Part shown: positions 13,763-25,067 of the stretch, piece by piece
Layout of the letters: each line of letters starts with the position of its first letter
Position numbering within the stretch: the first letter of the stretch is position 1
Translations under genes and position numbers: made by a program
Notes under the pieces: model-generated
Told to the model about the DNA's origin: nothing
Database searches by the model: none
What the model saw: the letters and a program-made list of their open reading frames with translations, nothing else
NCBI GenBank assembly: GCA_002633005.1
Contig: NMRA01000560.1
Location: forward strand, 211,740 to 275,739
Source: Phoronis australis
Taxonomy: Eukaryota > Animalia > Phoronida
DNA length: 64,000 nt
Direction of reading: 5' to 3'

Positions 13763-16700
13763 ATGTAAGTAAATTTGATGAATTTTCGGTTGTTTTGAGC
13801 TTCAATACAAAAACAGAGACATGAGTTCAAGGCGTAACACATTGAGGAAGGCCAGGTAGAAGTTTAGGCTTGTGTCTCGTCCAAATATTGGAGAAAAGTT
13901 ACGTTAACCGATGCATCGCTTGAGCCGAAGGTGATTTGTATGTCATTTTTGCAGATTTTGGTTATTTTTGGTTCTATATCAATATATTAATCATGAAGTT
14001 ATGAAGAAATGACGTATGAAAATGTAACTCAACGCCTGCTTTCCGTAGCATTGTCAGGATCTCTGATTTATGAACCTTTTTCTGTTAAAAGAAGCGATCG
14101 AGAACGCAATGATAAGCGATCGGGAACGCACATAAGAGCTCGCTAAAGCGATCGGGAACGCATTGCGGTGTGTTGAACAATAGTGAACTTTTCAGTAATA
14201 AAGAGTTTTAAAAGTTACAAAACAAGTGTGGTTCAATGAATTAATGATATTTTNAGCTTCCGATTTTACCCGTTTGGGAAACCGGCTTTCAACTGCCGTA
14301 GGCTACAATAAGAATCCCCTCCCCGTGAAAGGATTTTTTCTAAGCGTTTATTAGAGCTAATACAGTATACAGCTTTCCACCAAGGCTAGGTGATACTACG
14401 ACAATATTCTTTGTTGCATTAGTAACTGGTCTTGGCTAATATTATCATTTTATGGTCTGGTCATCCTTTCAGCCAAAAGTAGTTCCAGAGGTGGCTTATC
14501 AGCCAATTATTCACGCATGCTGACTCACAATAGAAGCCTGATAAGAGTGAAGGTGGATAAATGCGGTGTTCCTACAGTTTCTTGTTTTAGTGGATGTGTT
14601 CACGACATGTTTTTGCAGATTTTGGTTATATTTGGTTCTATATCAATATATTAATCATGAAGTTATGAAGAAATGACGTATGAAAATGTAACCCAACGCC
14701 TGCTTTCCGTAGCATTGTCAGGATCTCTGATTTATGAACTTTTTTCTGTTAAAAGAAGCGATCGAGAACGCAATGATAAGCGATCGGGAACGCACATATG
14801 AGCTCGCTAAAGCGATCGGGAACGCATTGCGGTGTGTTGAACAATAGTGAACTTTTCAGTAATAAAGAGTTAAAAGTTACAAAACAAGTGTGGTTCAATG
14901 AATTTATGATATTTTGCATCATTACTGTGTTACTTTCGTGTCAAAAACTAAATTTCATAGCATAGCATCCCTTACCAAAAAGGCCTCCTGCAAACACTTC
15001 CAGCAAGCTTGCCGCAAAAGTTTCTGCAAACCAGCCACAAACACATGGAGTGATCTGTTGTAAGTTTCCTGCAACCCAGCTGCAAACATTGCAGCAAGCT
15101 TGCTGCATGTTTGCCGCTAGCATGCATCAAACTTTCACCACGCAAATGAAGTTTGCAGCAAGCTTGCAGCAAACACCTCCATGTCCTTATTTGGAACAGT
15201 TCCTGCAAGGCAGCTGCACACATTGCTGCAAACTTGCTGCAAACATCTTCATGGGGTTATATAGAAGTTTCTGCGAACCACCTGAAAAAATATTGCTGAT
15301 TACTATTTTTGCTTCCCAATATGGTTTCATGAAACGCCAGTCTACTGAATGGGCTTTTGTTGAAGTTGTATGTTGAAATTTGCAATATTTCGACTAGGGA
15401 TATCATCCAACAGCAACATTCATTTAGCTAAGGCATCAAACATAAATTAAACCTTTCCATTCTACAATATTTCTTAGGTGTTGAAAAGAACAATTCTACT
15501 TCAGACTAATCTGCATTGCAGCAATCAGTGGTGTTCCATAGGGATCATGGGATGATCGCTCCACTTTTCTTCCTTAGCATATATTTCCATAAAATCACCA
15601 TGAGCACTACATGTACAGCAAGTGTTATATTTTAGTTATGGATATTTTCACAAATGATTTTTTTTTTCAGGAAACAATTTCATTGTTATTATTGCCCTGC
15701 AAGCTTCAACGACCATGAAAAAATCATTGCCCACGCTGTGGCGGTGCACCCTTCCAGGGTTTTAAAGTACAGGCGNCAGCAATCAGTGGTGTTCCATAGG
15801 GATCATGGGATGATCGCTCCACTTTTCTTCCTTAGCATATATTTCCATAAAACCACCATGAGCACTACATGTACAGCGAGTGTTATATTTTAGTTATGGA
15901 TATTTTCACAAATGATTTTATTTTTATTTCAGGAAACAATTTCATTGTTATTATTGCCCGGCAAGCTTCAACGACCATGAAAAAATCATTGCCCACGCTG
16001 TGGCGGTGCACCATTCCAGGGTTTTAAAGTACAGGCGTCTCCTTTTAGATGAAACTACTGGGAAAATGGGACTCCAAACTAAGACGCACCCAGGAGTTAC
16101 TCCACAAGACGTATCAGCTGGGGGAAAACAAATTGTTGCGGCTGATGAAAGTGAGTGCCGAATATTTTTATAAAACTGCGACAACAAAAGAAAAAAACCA
16201 AACACGCCAGTGAAGTCAAGCAATGATAGTGAGTTTGCCAAAGAAAATCTGAAAATAGTTGAGACTCCCAGTAATGAAGAATTAGAGTTTGAAAAGTTGT
16301 GCTTCTTGCTTCCCCAAGTCATAGAGACAATGAAAGAAAATGGTCCCATGGAATCTTACGTGAAACTGAATGAACTTCTTGCCTCAGGTAGACTGCCTTT
16401 GAACAACATATGTTTCCTACTATTCCTGGATATAGTCGAGTGGTTTTCGGTAGAAAACACTTCCAAAATGCGTTACCAAAACCCACAAACTCTTCGGTTC
16501 TGGGAAATTGGCTACCAGCTATTTCCTGGAAAGTTCATCAGATTTATGTCTGGACAACGAAATACAGGTCAGATTTTAGATCAGTCAACATCAAGGGGAG
16601 AGTATAGCCCAGATGAATCCAAAGTGAACTTTGCAGTGCCATCTCTGACTACAATACAACAAATCCCTTCTAAAAGGAGTCCGTTTTTTCCAGGAATAAA

Positions 16701-19700
16701 CAAGCAGACAATTGAAAATATAGCCCACACTTATGAAAGCTCTCCTGTAATTTTAGTTGTGGATGGAAAAAAAATAAGTAGCGGAAAGGGCAAACGCATG
16801 GGGATATTGACCTGTGGGGTTTTGAACCAAAGCCAACTCTTCAGGAAAGACTGAACCAAGTTGAAAGGGAAGTGGAATTCGTGAATGAGCTAACCAAAGA
16901 AACGGATAGACTAATGACCTATAGTGTTCAGACCATTAGTGCAATACCCTCAACATCACGTGAAAAAATTCATTCCGGACTCGTTGAATTGATTAAGTTC
17001 ATAGGATATCGTAATAAAACAATGAGAGACACTGAACAGACGCTAATCCGCTCTGAAGAGAAGTTCAAGCGACTCGGCGGAGATGACTGGATGAAATCCA
17101 AGTATTTCCCGGTCATCTCTTTGATGAGGACAAAACGCAGTGAAATTTGTGCCCACCTAAAAGAAGGTCTTCAGCTGTCAGACGAGATCACAAAATTGGG
17201 AATTGACCTAAATGGGAAATCAAACCTTTATTCCGAGAAGTTAGTTAAGCTTGCGGAACAACAGAACTTTTATTCACTGAACCCGAACTTCAATAAGTCG
17301 ACTGATCCACGTTATATGCAACAAAGAACCCCGGAGTGGTTTTCTTTGCACAGCGAAGCGAAAGTTACTGGAAGTACAGCCAACTGTGCACTCGGCTTAG
17401 AGACCTTAAAAAGACAAAAAGAACAGTTTCACCAAGTAATTCACGGCATAGAAAAACCTCGTCACAGTGCACTTAACACTCAGAGAATGCTTTATGGAAC
17501 TGAACATGAACTGGATGCAGTCGCAACAATGACATCTAAAGTGTTGCCGTTTCTGTTTTCAGAACTGAGCTATTATGAAGAAGGATGCCAAACAATACCT
17601 CACGGCGACAAAGCAGCATTCATGTTAGTGAGTTCGGATGGCAGTCTCAGAACAAATGATAATGCAGAACCAATAATGATGTTTGAAAACAAGTGCAAAG
17701 CACCCCAGTCCTATAATCCTAATGCATACTACAAGATTCCTAAATATTACGCTGTATAGTTACTCTCTGAGATGTTTGCTTACAGATGTGAGAAATTACT
17801 CTTTACGTGCTGGTCAGAGACGTCACTTACTGCTTTCATGGTTAAGTTCGACCATCATCTATGGGGAATGTGCTGGGAGGAAATGACAGAAGTGTATGGC
17901 AGTCCAAATCCAAATCTACCTACTAAGTTCAGACCTAGTCGAAAGCTCATCCAAGAACAAATCGCTGCATTTATGGAGAATGACATCCACTTTCTCGGTG
18001 AGTTTATGTCGTGTGTTGCTGTGAGATCACCATCGTCAGACGTCCAAAGTGATGACGCTTATATATCGCCACAGAGTTCAAATGACGCCAAGCCAATTTC
18101 TACAGCTAGAGACTTACAGAACTGCCTTGTGTCGACGAAAAACTGGATTAATCGGGCTTATCAGTTGTCTAGGACAACTGCATCAGAGATTCTGGTCTAC
18201 ATGGTGAATGATTTAGACCGGACTTACCATGCCGAAATAAATGTTGCTCATCCTATAGCGTATGCAATGAAGGGAACAAGCATGAATAATGCCACCTTTA
18301 GAAGTATGATGAATCACGTTATCTCTGAATGTGAAGCAAGGGGTCTAAACGTGCTGGCCACGTCTAGTGATGGACAATGGCATAAGTACGGAGTTCGCGG
18401 TGATGACAACGAACCATTGACTGTCTTGCAATTACAGAAAGATCACTGGTCAAGTGTGATGTCACAAGATAAGAAGACGATTATGTCCCAAATAAAATCT
18501 AAAGCAAGTGTAAAGAGTTTTCCTGAAGATGTCCAAAAAGAGTACAATGTCAATGGTTCCGTGACTGTCTGGCACAAGACAGATTCACCGATGACTGGGT
18601 ATCTAAACACAGAGCACTCAAAATCCCAGAGAAATGCAATCATTGATGCTACTTGCCAGAACAGATATGATGGAACTGAATCTCAGCTGTTATCTGTAAA
18701 AGAAACATGTCTCGCACTCCTTGAGGATGAACACTTTGAAAACACCTCTCTCGAAACTCTAAATGCTGTTGAAAATGTAATTGAAAGCTCAGTAACAAAT
18801 AACGTGCAGAATTCACATGAGTTCCTTGGACAGGACTATTTTGTCGAACCATGGTTGTTCCAAGAAGAACCAGGTACTGCACAAAGTTTTGGTGTAACAT
18901 CTGACGTGCTCTCAGGGGCTTTTGAGGCCATGTACAGTAGTGGCCATGACGACTTCTATGTGCAAACTGTGATCGATATGAGTGTTGATAAAATACCTTT
19001 AAGAAGAGATGGTGAGCATATGGAATTGGGCGAAGAAAATCTCAACTACACAGTATATCCCAATGATGACAACACGTGTGGACACAGAACATGTACTTGA
19101 AAGTAAGGAGAATGGAAATGCGGAGCTATTAGTTTCTGAGAATCGTTACACTGTGGACACTGCAACGTCTGAATCTATGCTGAATGCTTTAAAAGCAAAT
19201 GAAATGGCTGAAAACTATCATAAATGGTCTCAAAACTGTTGAAGACTTCAAAAGACTTTTTGCATGTAAGACCATGTGCACTTGCAACAAGGCACTCCAC
19301 AATTTTGAACTCCAAATGTGTCTACAAGTGTTACGTGTGCAGCACGGTGTTTGTTTTGACATTAAACCCTCAAAGAAGGAGCTAATTTAGTTGTTCACGT
19401 CTACATTGAACTTTGGGGTAAATCCCCCTAATAGGAAGTATCATCAGCGCAATCGAAGTGTTTGCTCACTTAGAAAAAAGTTTTGAGGGCGATGTAAGTG
19501 TAAATTTATTTTCACACAAGGGCTCGTATGTATAATTAAAATAGTTAGGAACTAGTTGAACTGTAAGAAATTATATTAATTTAACAATTAGCTTGTCATG
19601 TTTTGTAAGAGGTGCCACTAAGAATTTAAATTGTTTCAAATGCATTCACGTTTACATGTTTAATCTTCTATAAAACCCCCTACTTGGTTTCAGATCATTC

Positions 19701-20436
19701 TATATGTCAACCACACGAGCCGGAGTGTATCCAATGAGACAGTTTGAGTCCGATGAAACCCAAGAATGTTTTCACTACCAAACGCAAGGCATTCATTCTG
19801 CATTAGTTTCTAGTCTGATAACTTCAAGGTTAGTGTTATGTGATACACGTTAACTGTAATTGTTTTCTTATATGCATTACTTTTTTCTGTAGTCTCTTTT
19901 TTCGTCTTCATCTATTCGTTATCATAATGTCGCGTATTAGTGCTGATAAAGGCACGTAAAGCACCATTGTTTTAAAAAATATTCAAATCGTGGCATTGTC
20001 ACATAAGCAAGGTCTTCATGAGCGCCGGGTCAAAAATACCCTTCAATAAATAAACGTCCAAGCGCTTATGCATGATATTACGGTATTTCCACTACTTTGA
20101 AAACAGTGGCAAGTGTAATGCAGCTTACAGGCTAGCGTCGAAAGCTTTAAAGGAGGATTGATTATTCATAAAGTTTTGAGACCTCATAAGGTCGTAACCC
20201 TTTCATTCTCTTCAGTAGACGACGATACTAAATTCAAGATTCCTTTTTCCAGGGACCATTAATTTGATTCAGAGCAAAGGGATCGGAAGAAGCATCTTCA
20301 GAAAGGAGGGAAAGTGTCGTTGCCAAGCGAGCCCGCCCATGGTGAGAAAGGAGTGCGACAACACCATTCGCGAGATGACTCGAAGATACCTGCTCATAAA
20401 CGACTCGGATTTCAAAATTTGTCAGAAGTTGTATAG
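13763..20436 (+). pseudogene. Disrupted spliced transposase gene: N-terminal C2H2/BED-like finger, P/THAP9-like RNase H core, inserted YqaJ domain
   Basis: AT|GTAAGT at 13763-13770 joins AG|G at 15933 to give MKQFHCYYC...H....H. The main exon (15933 to ~19493) reads through TAA 16171, a 1-nt frameshift near 16801 (repair gives GDIDLWGFE), TAG 17757 and later frameshifts. D1 is in ILVVDGKK (16762) and D2 in LATSSDG (18369). YqaJ motifs lie at ~17320-17815. Putative small exons at 19694-19828 and 20216-20436. Confidence 0.75.
14969..15256. mobile_element. Small MITE-like insert with CCC...GGG ends and repeated GCAAAC/GCAAGCTT motifs, inside transposase intron 1
   Basis: Dense direct and inverted (T)GCAGCAAGCTTGC and GCAAAC repeats between CCCTT and ATGGGG. 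TSD not clear. Confidence 0.45.
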
Positions 20437-20964
20437 CCAAAAGTATTGTGGTGATAAAAGTGGTGGGATTTTGTTTAATGGTTTACTAATAACATCCATA
20501 CAGAGTTGAACAGACTGACTTGCTACATCCTTGTGGCTTGTATGTGTTTGTGTTCTTGGTCCCCAGTTCACTGTGCTATTTCAGTTCATGGGACATTGAA
20601 AAAGAGTGAGAGGAGTTGTAATACACATACTATATTGTGATTTTCTCAAAACGCGACAATGTTGTCTTTAAGTCATTTCAAGACACACTATAGTAACTAC
20701 ACTGGAAATCAACAATATGAAAGCAAATTCCGTAATAATAGTAATCTTTTAATCACACGTCATCTCAAAATAGCTCTGGGTATTCAACATTACAAAGTCA
20801 TTGAACATTCCCCACGAGGTATTTTTGGAATGCATTGCACTTATTATAGACACTTATTTTCTTTTTAAAATCTTATGGTAATAACAATGGCCAATGGCAC
20901 TTAGTACGGTCATTTGAATATACCTAAACACTACTGGACTTAATGAAGCTTCTGTTTTTTGTGC

Positions 20965-21434
20965 CTACAGATGCTTGTACGATTTGCCGCATTCACAACA
21001 GAAAGCAGTGACCTCGTGTTGTGACGCAATGTGTCGCTTTAGGCTCACTTTCTCTGTGAAACATTGGTTGCAGGCATGACACTGAATTGTCTTGTCTCCT
21101 GAGCACAGTGCTTCATGTTGTGACTTTTTGTACCTATTGAAGAAATTCTTGCCACATAAAACACATGAAAATGCTTTGTAGTTTGCGTGCTGGCTCATGT
21201 GATCTTGAAACTTTGTTTGTCTCACGAACACTTTCCCACAGTTCGTCACTGGGCAGGTGAACGTCTTAGTTGCAGTCCTGTCACAATGCTTTGTTGCCCT
21301 GTGGTCAAGCAGTGTTGATTTTTTACTAAACAAAGCTCCACAAGTCACACATAGTCCTTTGTCACAAGCACTAGTTCTCCTTTTTGAAGGCGTAGACGTT
21401 AAGAAGCGAAAAGACTCATCTTGTGGCAGAAGTT
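20965..21434 (-). other. Near-identical second copy of the zinc-finger exon ending at a single N; probable allelic or assembly duplicate
   Basis: ~20770-21434 repeats ~21450-22252 with scattered SNPs and one indel; junction N at 21435. Confidence 0.75.
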
Positions 21435-21782
21435 NAAAATATATAAAATATAGCTCTGGGTAATCAACATTACAAAGTCATTGAACATTCCCCACGAGGT
21501 ATTTTTGGAATACATTGCACTTATTATAGAAACTTATTTTCTTTTTAAAATCTTATGGTAATAACAATGGCCAATGGCACTTAGTATGGTCATTTGAATA
21601 TACCTAAACACTACAAAAATGCACTGGTTCTATTTAAGATAGATAAAATAACACAAATGTAGAAACAGAAAAAGGTTCAAAATATCACATCTGGCAACTG
21701 CCAACCATAAACTCTTTTAATCAGAATAAAAACTTAAAACAAATTTCACTACTGGACTTAATGAAGCTTCTGTTTTTTGTGC

Positions 21783-22876
21783 CTACAGATGCTTGTACGA
21801 TTTGCCGCATTCACAACAGAAAGCAGTGACCTCGTGTTGTGACGCGATGTGTCGCTTTAGGCTCACTTTCTCTGTGAAACATTGGTTGCAGGCATGACAC
21901 TGAATTGTCTTGTCTCCTGAGCACAGTGCTTCATGTTGTGACTTTTTGTACCTATTGAAGAACTTCTTGCCACATAAAACACATGAAAATGCTTTGTAGT
22001 TTGCGTGCTGGCTCATGTGATCTTGAAACTTTGTTTGTCTCACGAACACTTTCCCACAGTCCGTCACTGGGCAGGTGAACGTCTTAGTTGCAGTCCTGTC
22101 ACAATGCTTTGTTGCCATGTGGTCAAGCAGTGTTGATTTTTTACTAAACGAAGCTCCACAAGTCACACATAGTCCTTTGTCACAAGCACTAGTTCTCCTT
22201 TTTGAAGGTGTAGACATTAAGAAGCAAAAAGACTCATCTTGTGGCAGAAGTTCAACTAAAAAATATCAAAAGCATTTCAGTTATACTTGTTAGGTTAAAT
22301 CTCACAAAAATCATGAAAAACAGTGAAGTATAATAAACAATCAACCCGCCCGGCGCCTATTTCAGGGCCGGTACGTATTAAATGTAAAACTGACATAACA
22401 GCGTAACTTGAACGAGTATTCAGGCTAATGCATAGAAAAAGAATGTGCATTCACGATCGCTTTTTTTGCGTTCACGATCGCCATATGAAAGTAACGATTT
22501 CGTTCTCGATCGCCGTCTCGCACAAGGACAAGCTTGTATTGGTAAATATCTCGAATTGTTTCACAAAACATAACTTCGAAAGGTGTCACCTGGGGCAATG
22601 AAGCTCTAAACGTCACACTTCTTTACTTTAGAACTCTGGAACTGCTAATAACAAGTAAAACTTGTTGACTTTACGACGCGCAAGACATTTTATCCCTTCC
22701 GTAATGAAAGACCCGGGAAATAAACTATTTTATTCGTTTTCGGTTCGTAGTAAAGTATAGCGCAACAAAGCTTAAGCTCTGACGCTTTTCTCTGTGTCGC
22801 ATTCGTGCCAAAGTAGCCACTATTTAAGAAGAAAATGACACTAAGACTCACTGGGTACATCATCGTCGTCTGCCAT
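21783..22876 (-). CDS. Two-exon C2H2 zinc-finger protein carried by the transposon (four complete fingers plus a truncated fifth)
   Basis: Exon 1 (22876-22852) encodes MADDDDVP and ends at GTGAGT. It splices in frame to exon 2 from 22255 (TTTTTTAG acceptor): IELLPQDESFCFLMSTPS..., then CxxC...H...H fingers. The last finger (CECGKSYKH) stops early, but ...CRHKKQKLH* continues in another frame. Confidence 0.8.
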
Positions 22877-22892
22877 TTTTGCGACAAAGTGG

Positions 22893-22941
22893 CGTTCTCG
22901 ATCGCTTTCCGGACGTTCCCGATCGCGGGTTGGCCGGGGTG
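22893..22941 (-). repeat. Right TIR
   Basis: Reverse complement reads CACCCCGGCCAACCCGCGATCGGGAACGTCCGGAAAGCGATCGAGAACG, three mismatches to the left TIR. Confidence 0.95.
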
Positions 22942-24476
22942 CTTATGCAGTCGACCTCACCGCTTGTCGAGAGGCATCACGTTAACCTGAGAGAAAGGTG
23001 AGAAACGATGCAGCGACGCCAGTGCTTCATATCTGCAGAGTGAATGCCGCTATATATTGTGGTACATCGCTTCACGCTTGTCCGAACTATGAAGCTGCGA
23101 AGAAAGCGGGTATATTGTTTTTTCGACTTCCTCGAGAGCTAGAAATGCTTAGGAAGAGGCTCGTGGTAGTGAAGAATGAAAAGTACGCTGTTAATAGCAA
23201 ATATGAGGCCGTCTGCGGCCGGCATTTCGTCGACAGTGATTTCTCTGACGAATTCCGTCTTACCAAAGAACTATCCATACGTTCCGTTGCCTGTGCATGT
23301 TCACGGGGCATCTCTAGTATTCCTTGATCAGTGTATTCCGGTTGGAACTGATAGCCTGTGAAACCTAACAATCCAACCTGTGAAGTCTTCGTCGGATGAG
23401 CTCTCTAAGTCGAGATTTGCGGAGGGCGAGTTGCCATGTAGACGTTCATTATTATGCGTTCTGTTTCAAAATGAATTATTCTCACCCAAACCAATGCTGA
23501 TATAAAACTGAAACAGTCTGTCTCATTAGATACAATTTGTACTGCCTTTGGAGTATTCGTGAGTGCAAATGTTTTGAGAAGCCAGCAATGAATAAACTAC
23601 TGCGTTACCGGCTTTAGATGCAATAAAAGTAATTGACCGGGCACCGAGGCCGTGTGAGCGCATGCTAATTAATTCAGTGTTTGCTGACAGAAAGCTGTTG
23701 TGAAAAAATAACTCGACTTGATATGCTATGGTCACATGTTAAGGGAATCTTTATTTAGATATACAAATACATTATTCAAATCAGTGTTACTCGGTACAAC
23801 CTCCGGCTCTGACAGTTCTGTGGAAGGGGAACCTGACTTCGCAGCGTGGCTAATTCACCTAAATAATTACGTGCACAGTATTTCTTTGCCTCACTATTAT
23901 GTGTTTTCGTGATTGGAGGTTCATTTTCCAACTTAAGCAGGTTTATGTTCGTGATGTCCAGTCCAGGCGGCCGCGACGGGCCTGACCAGGTTCCGAGCCA
24001 CCTGCGGGGAGTAACAAGCGTTTTGTGTGTTTAGAACTGAAAAAATCGCAAGACTAAAAGTGCAACACACAGTTATGTTCCCCCGTCTGTATTTCACGGA
24101 AGAATGATTCCAATTTATCACCAAACAGACCCAAACTCCCACGATCGACCATGATAAATTGGCCTAAGGAACCTAGGAGTCTACACTCCTTGACCGGCAA
24201 ACTCTGTGAGTTACCGTACGTTCAAATACCTACAAATCCGTAACAGCAAAATAAAACAACACGTTTGTTCAAGAGCTCTATGTATTTGTAAGGGTTTTAC
24301 ATCGAAATTTGATGATTTATTGGGGTGAAACGACGCATTCAAGCGAAAAGTTGACACCAGTAAGCGTGTTGTGAATGGCTGAACAGACTGTGAGAACCGA
24401 TTATGTCATTGGTTGGAGTAGAACTACACGATCTAAATTGATACAAAATAGGTTGTTTTTTGGGTGGCATTCTCCT
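22942..24476 (+). mobile_element. Right part of a non-autonomous Kolobok-like element with a THAP remnant
   Basis: Homologous to 47952-49644. THAP motifs FFRLP, CGRHF..DF. Ends GGGTGGCATTCTCCT followed by TCAA. Confidence 0.75.
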
Positions 24477-25067
24477 TCAATATATTTGAACTATTCTTGC
24501 TTCCTATGTAATACACCATACTACAAAAAAAAACAAAATAAACATTTTTAACTGAACAAAATGCAACAGAACCCTAAAATTTTATGTAATTTCAAATCCA
24601 TTTTACATTACACCAAAAATCCTGATGGTAACTTTTGTGGTTAGGAACACATAAAAAGTCAATTTCAAATTTCAAAAAATAAAGCACAGCCTCGATGTTT
24701 AAAAGAAAAATCCAATTGTAAATAAAGTAAACTGCTTGCAACATTACCGCGAGGCAAAAGATGTTAACAATGAACATACTTGCACAAAATTTAGCCCAAT
24801 CCTTAATTTGAATTTTACTTTAATATCAAACATATTATTACCTATTTCTAACAAGTGCTATTTTTTGTATTTCATGGAAATTATTGAGACTTCTGCAGCA
24901 ACAATTGACAATCAGGTTCCAGATAAGCTTGAAATCTTATGAAGGTCAACAAGGATCTTTAAAGTGCTTAAAACTACAATTTATCTTATTTTGACAATTG
25001 ACTACATTGTCAGCATTAAAACTTCCTTTATAACACTGCATACCACAATCAAGGACTCAATATCCCA

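Larger units (their letters stand above)
13685..22941 (+). mobile_element. ~9.26-kb DNA transposon with 49-bp TIRs, encoding a P-like transposase with an inserted YqaJ exonuclease plus a convergent C2H2 zinc-finger gene
   Basis: TIRs 13685-13733 and 22893-22941 match at 46/49 (CACCCCGGCCAACCCGCGATCG...). Subterminal GCGATCGxGAA(C) triplets lie ~400-490 bp inside both ends. Possible degenerate 8-bp TSD CTTATTAC/CTTATGCA. Two inward-pointing genes. Confidence 0.9.

Noticed and set aside
13940-16030. Internal direct repeats in the large transposon (~13945-14253 vs ~14610-14914; ~15518-15775 vs ~15777-16036)
   Set aside because: Each pair is tied to a single N (14254, 15776). The true element is probably shorter than 9.26 kb.
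16872-17815. Prophage, herpes/baculovirus alkaline exonuclease or bacterial contamination
   Set aside because: The YqaJ domain sits in a spliced gene between TIRs with transposase-like motifs. There are no capsid, polymerase or other viral genes.
20770-22255. Tandem pair of zinc-finger genes
   Set aside because: Near-identical copies meet at a single N (21435), the same pattern seen throughout the window. An allelic overlap is more likely than paralogues.
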